Shown: in pieces, positions 62,065 to 64,000 of the stretch
Position numbering within the stretch: position 1 is the stretch's first letter
How the letters are laid out: each line of letters begins with the position of its first letter
Assembly: GCA_963844035.1 (NCBI GenBank)
Contig: CAWJMT010000036.1
Coordinates: forward strand, 160,001-224,000
Origin: an uncultured Gemmatimonadales bacterium
GTDB taxonomy: Bacteria; Gemmatimonadota; Gemmatimonadetes; Gemmatimonadales; GWC2-71-9
DNA: 64,000 bases
Reading direction: 5' to 3'
Translations under genes and position numbers: made by a program
Notes under the pieces: model-generated
Databases searched by the model: none
What the model saw: the letters and a program-made list of their open reading frames with translations, nothing else
What the model was told of the DNA's origin: nothing

Positions 62065-63408
62065 ATGCTCGGGATCCTCGATCATACGCCCGCCCGCGCG
62101 CTCGGCGCCGCGGCTCATCCACTGGTCGGCACGCCGGAGGACTTCGACCCGTTGCTCGCGCTCGTGGGGACGGCGCGGTTTGTGCTCATCGGCGAGGCGT
62201 CGCACGGGACGCACGAGTTCTATCGCGTCCGGGCTGAAATCACCAAGCGACTCATCCGCGAGAAGGGCTTCACGTCGGTCGCCGTAGAAGCCGACTGGCC
62301 CGACGCCTACCGGGTGAACCGCTACGTGCGCGGGCGCGGCAGCGATCGTGATGCGACGGAGGCGCTCGGCGGCTTCAAGCGGTTTCCCCAGTGGATGTGG
62401 CGCAACGCCGACGTGCTGGACTTCGTCGGGTGGCTGCGGGCGCACAATGACGCGCTACCGGAAGCGGCCCGGGTCGGCTTCTACGGTCTCGACCTCTACA
62501 GCCTGCACGCCTCGATGGAAGCGGTCCTCAAGTACTTGCTCGTCGTTGATCCCGCGGCCGCCGCGCGTGCCCGCCATCGGTACGCCTGCTTCGAGCAGTT
62601 CGGCGCCGACCCGCAAGGCTACGGCTACGCGGCCCGCATGGGGCTCGCGCCGTCGTGTGAGACCGAGGTCGTCGAGCAGCTCGCCGAGCTGCGGCGCTCG
62701 GCGGCCGAATATGCGCAGCGGGACGGCCGCCTGGAGCCCGACGACCTTTTCTTTGCCGAGCAGAACGCCCGGCTCGTGCGGAACGCGGAGCGCTACTACC
62801 GCGCGATGTTTGGGGATCGTGCGACGTCGTGGAATCTGCGGGATCAGCACATGTTCGAGACACTCGACAACCTGATCGCGTTCCACGACGCCCGCGGACG
62901 GCGTGAGAAGGTCGTGGTCTGGGCCCACAACTCCCACCTGGGCGACGCCCGGGCCACGGAGATGGGGCGGAGCGGAGAGCTGAACCTGGGGCAGCTGGTC
63001 CGCACGCGGTACGGGCGTGACGCGTGTCTCGTCGGGTTCCTGACCCATTCCGGGACCGTGACAGCCGCATCCGATTGGGACGCGCCGGCGGAACGGAAGG
63101 TCGTGCGCCCCGCGTTGCCGCGGAGCTATGAGGCGCTATGTCACGAGGTGGGGGTCCAGAACTTCCTGCTGGACTTGACCGCTCCGGGGCCCGCGACGGC
63201 TGAGCTCGCGCGAGCCCGTTTGGAGCGGGCGATCGGGGTCATCTACCGTCCCGACACGGAGCGGGCGAGCCACTACTTCCATGCCCGCCTGCCCGAGCAG
63301 TTCGACGCCGTGCTCTTCTACGACACCACGCGCGCGGTGGAGCCGCTCGAGCGGACCGGGTTGTGGGTGCGTGGCGAGGCGCCGGAGACGTTCCCCACGG
63401 CGCTGTGA
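62065..63408 (+). CDS. Erythromycin-esterase-family protein
   Basis: IGEASHGTHEFY, AVEADWPDA, FYGLDLYSL, WNLRDQHM, VWAHNSHLGDARAT, ERAIGVIY. Confidence 0.92.
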   Translation: MLGILDHTPARALGAAAHPLVGTPEDFDPLLALVGTARFVLIGEASHGTHEFYRVRAEITKRLIREKGFTSVAVEADWPDAYRVNRYVRGRGSDRDATEALGGFKRFPQWMWRNADVLDFVGWLRAHNDALPEAARVGFYGLDLYSLHASMEAVLKYLLVVDPAAAARARHRYACFEQFGADPQGYGYAARMGLAPSCETEVVEQLAELRRSAAEYAQRDGRLEPDDLFFAEQNARLVRNAERYYRAMFGDRATSWNLRDQHMFETLDNLIAFHDARGRREKVVVWAHNSHLGDARATEMGRSGELNLGQLVRTRYGRDACLVGFLTHSGTVTAASDWDAPAERKVVRPALPRSYEALCHEVGVQNFLLDLTAPGPATAELARARLERAIGVIYRPDTERASHYFHARLPEQFDAVLFYDTTRAVEPLERTGLWVRGEAPETFPTAL

Positions 63409-64000
63409 CTACGCCGCCGTCATCTCCATCTGCTTCGAGTACTTCCCGGTGGCCGCCGCACTCACGCATTTCACGCGGTGCAGGTACGCCTTCTGAGCGG
63501 CCGCCACGTTCCCAGCCTTTCCAGCCCACGTCTTGAGCGCCTCGTCCTGGAGCGCGCGACCGTACGAGAAGGACAGCGGCCAGGGGTTACTGCCCAGCGT
63601 GTTCATCACGTTGAGATGCTCGGTGGCAAGCGCGGGGCTCTGGCCACCCGACAGGAACACGATCCCCGGAACGGCGGACGGCACCGTGCGCCGCAGGGTG
63701 CGCACCGTCGCTTCGGCGACCTGCTGGACGCCCGCCTGCACCTTGCAGTCCTTGCCCGCGATCACCATGCTCGGCTTGAGGAGCATGTGCTCGAATACGA
63801 CGCCGAGGCGGTACAACGCGCCGAACACCTGCTCCAGCGTGGCGGTGGTCACGGTCTCGGAGCGCTCGATCGTGTGATCGCCGTCCATCAGGACTTCCGG
63901 CTCCACGATCGGGACCAGGCCGGCTTCCTGGGCGAGCGCCGCGTAGCGGGCCAGCGCGTGGGCGTTGGCTTCGATGCACCCAGGCGTCGGGATGCCGGCG
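63409..64000 (-). CDS. Class I fructose-bisphosphate aldolase, 5' end beyond window
   Basis: NAHALARYAALAQEAGLVPIVEPEVLMDG, LLKPSMV, FLSGGQS, SFSYGRALQ. Confidence 0.95.
   Translation of the reverse strand, partial: AGIPTPGCIEANAHALARYAALAQEAGLVPIVEPEVLMDGDHTIERSETVTTATLEQVFGALYRLGVVFEHMLLKPSMVIAGKDCKVQAGVQQVAEATVRTLRRTVPSAVPGIVFLSGGQSPALATEHLNVMNTLGSNPWPLSFSYGRALQDEALKTWAGKAGNVAAAQKAYLHRVKCVSAAATGKYSKQMEMTAA

Noticed and set aside
62065..63408. Macrolide resistance gene (ere)
   Set aside because: It belongs to the broad erythromycin-esterase-like family common in stress clusters; nothing indicates EreA/EreB activity.

Overview
Very GC-rich DNA (about 70% by eye) from a diderm bacterium; gene style suggests Gemmatimonadota or a similar lineage, which is inference only. 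Many conserved genes carry single-base frameshifts, most likely long-read assembly errors, so several calls are stitched from two or more frames and many ORF-track entries are shadows or false fusions. In order: an MdtABC-like RND efflux operon, hsp15 and hsp20; a minus-strand respiratory operon (diheme lipoprotein, 9-heme lipoprotein, NapC/NirT-anchored 20-heme cytochrome, putative outer-membrane beta-barrel, 16-heme cytochrome, Rieske protein, cytochrome b/c fusion); a nine-gene V/A-type ATP synthase operon; two divergent MenA-like prenyltransferases; a group 1 [NiFe] uptake hydrogenase with hypABFCDE and a coupled crotonase; and a hypoxia/dormancy-type cluster (USP, Dps, CBS, eRF1-like, lone GroEL, HPF, BON, PRTase/erythromycin esterase). 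The best candidate for an undescribed system is the porin-multiheme conduit co-encoded with its own Rieske/cytochrome b complex (about 49 heme-binding motifs in 9.6 kb), inside a possible H2-to-menaquinone-to-extracellular-acceptor energy island. A multi-hairpin REP-like element occurs twice, about 32 kb apart. No rRNA, tRNA, CRISPR array or transposase was recognised.
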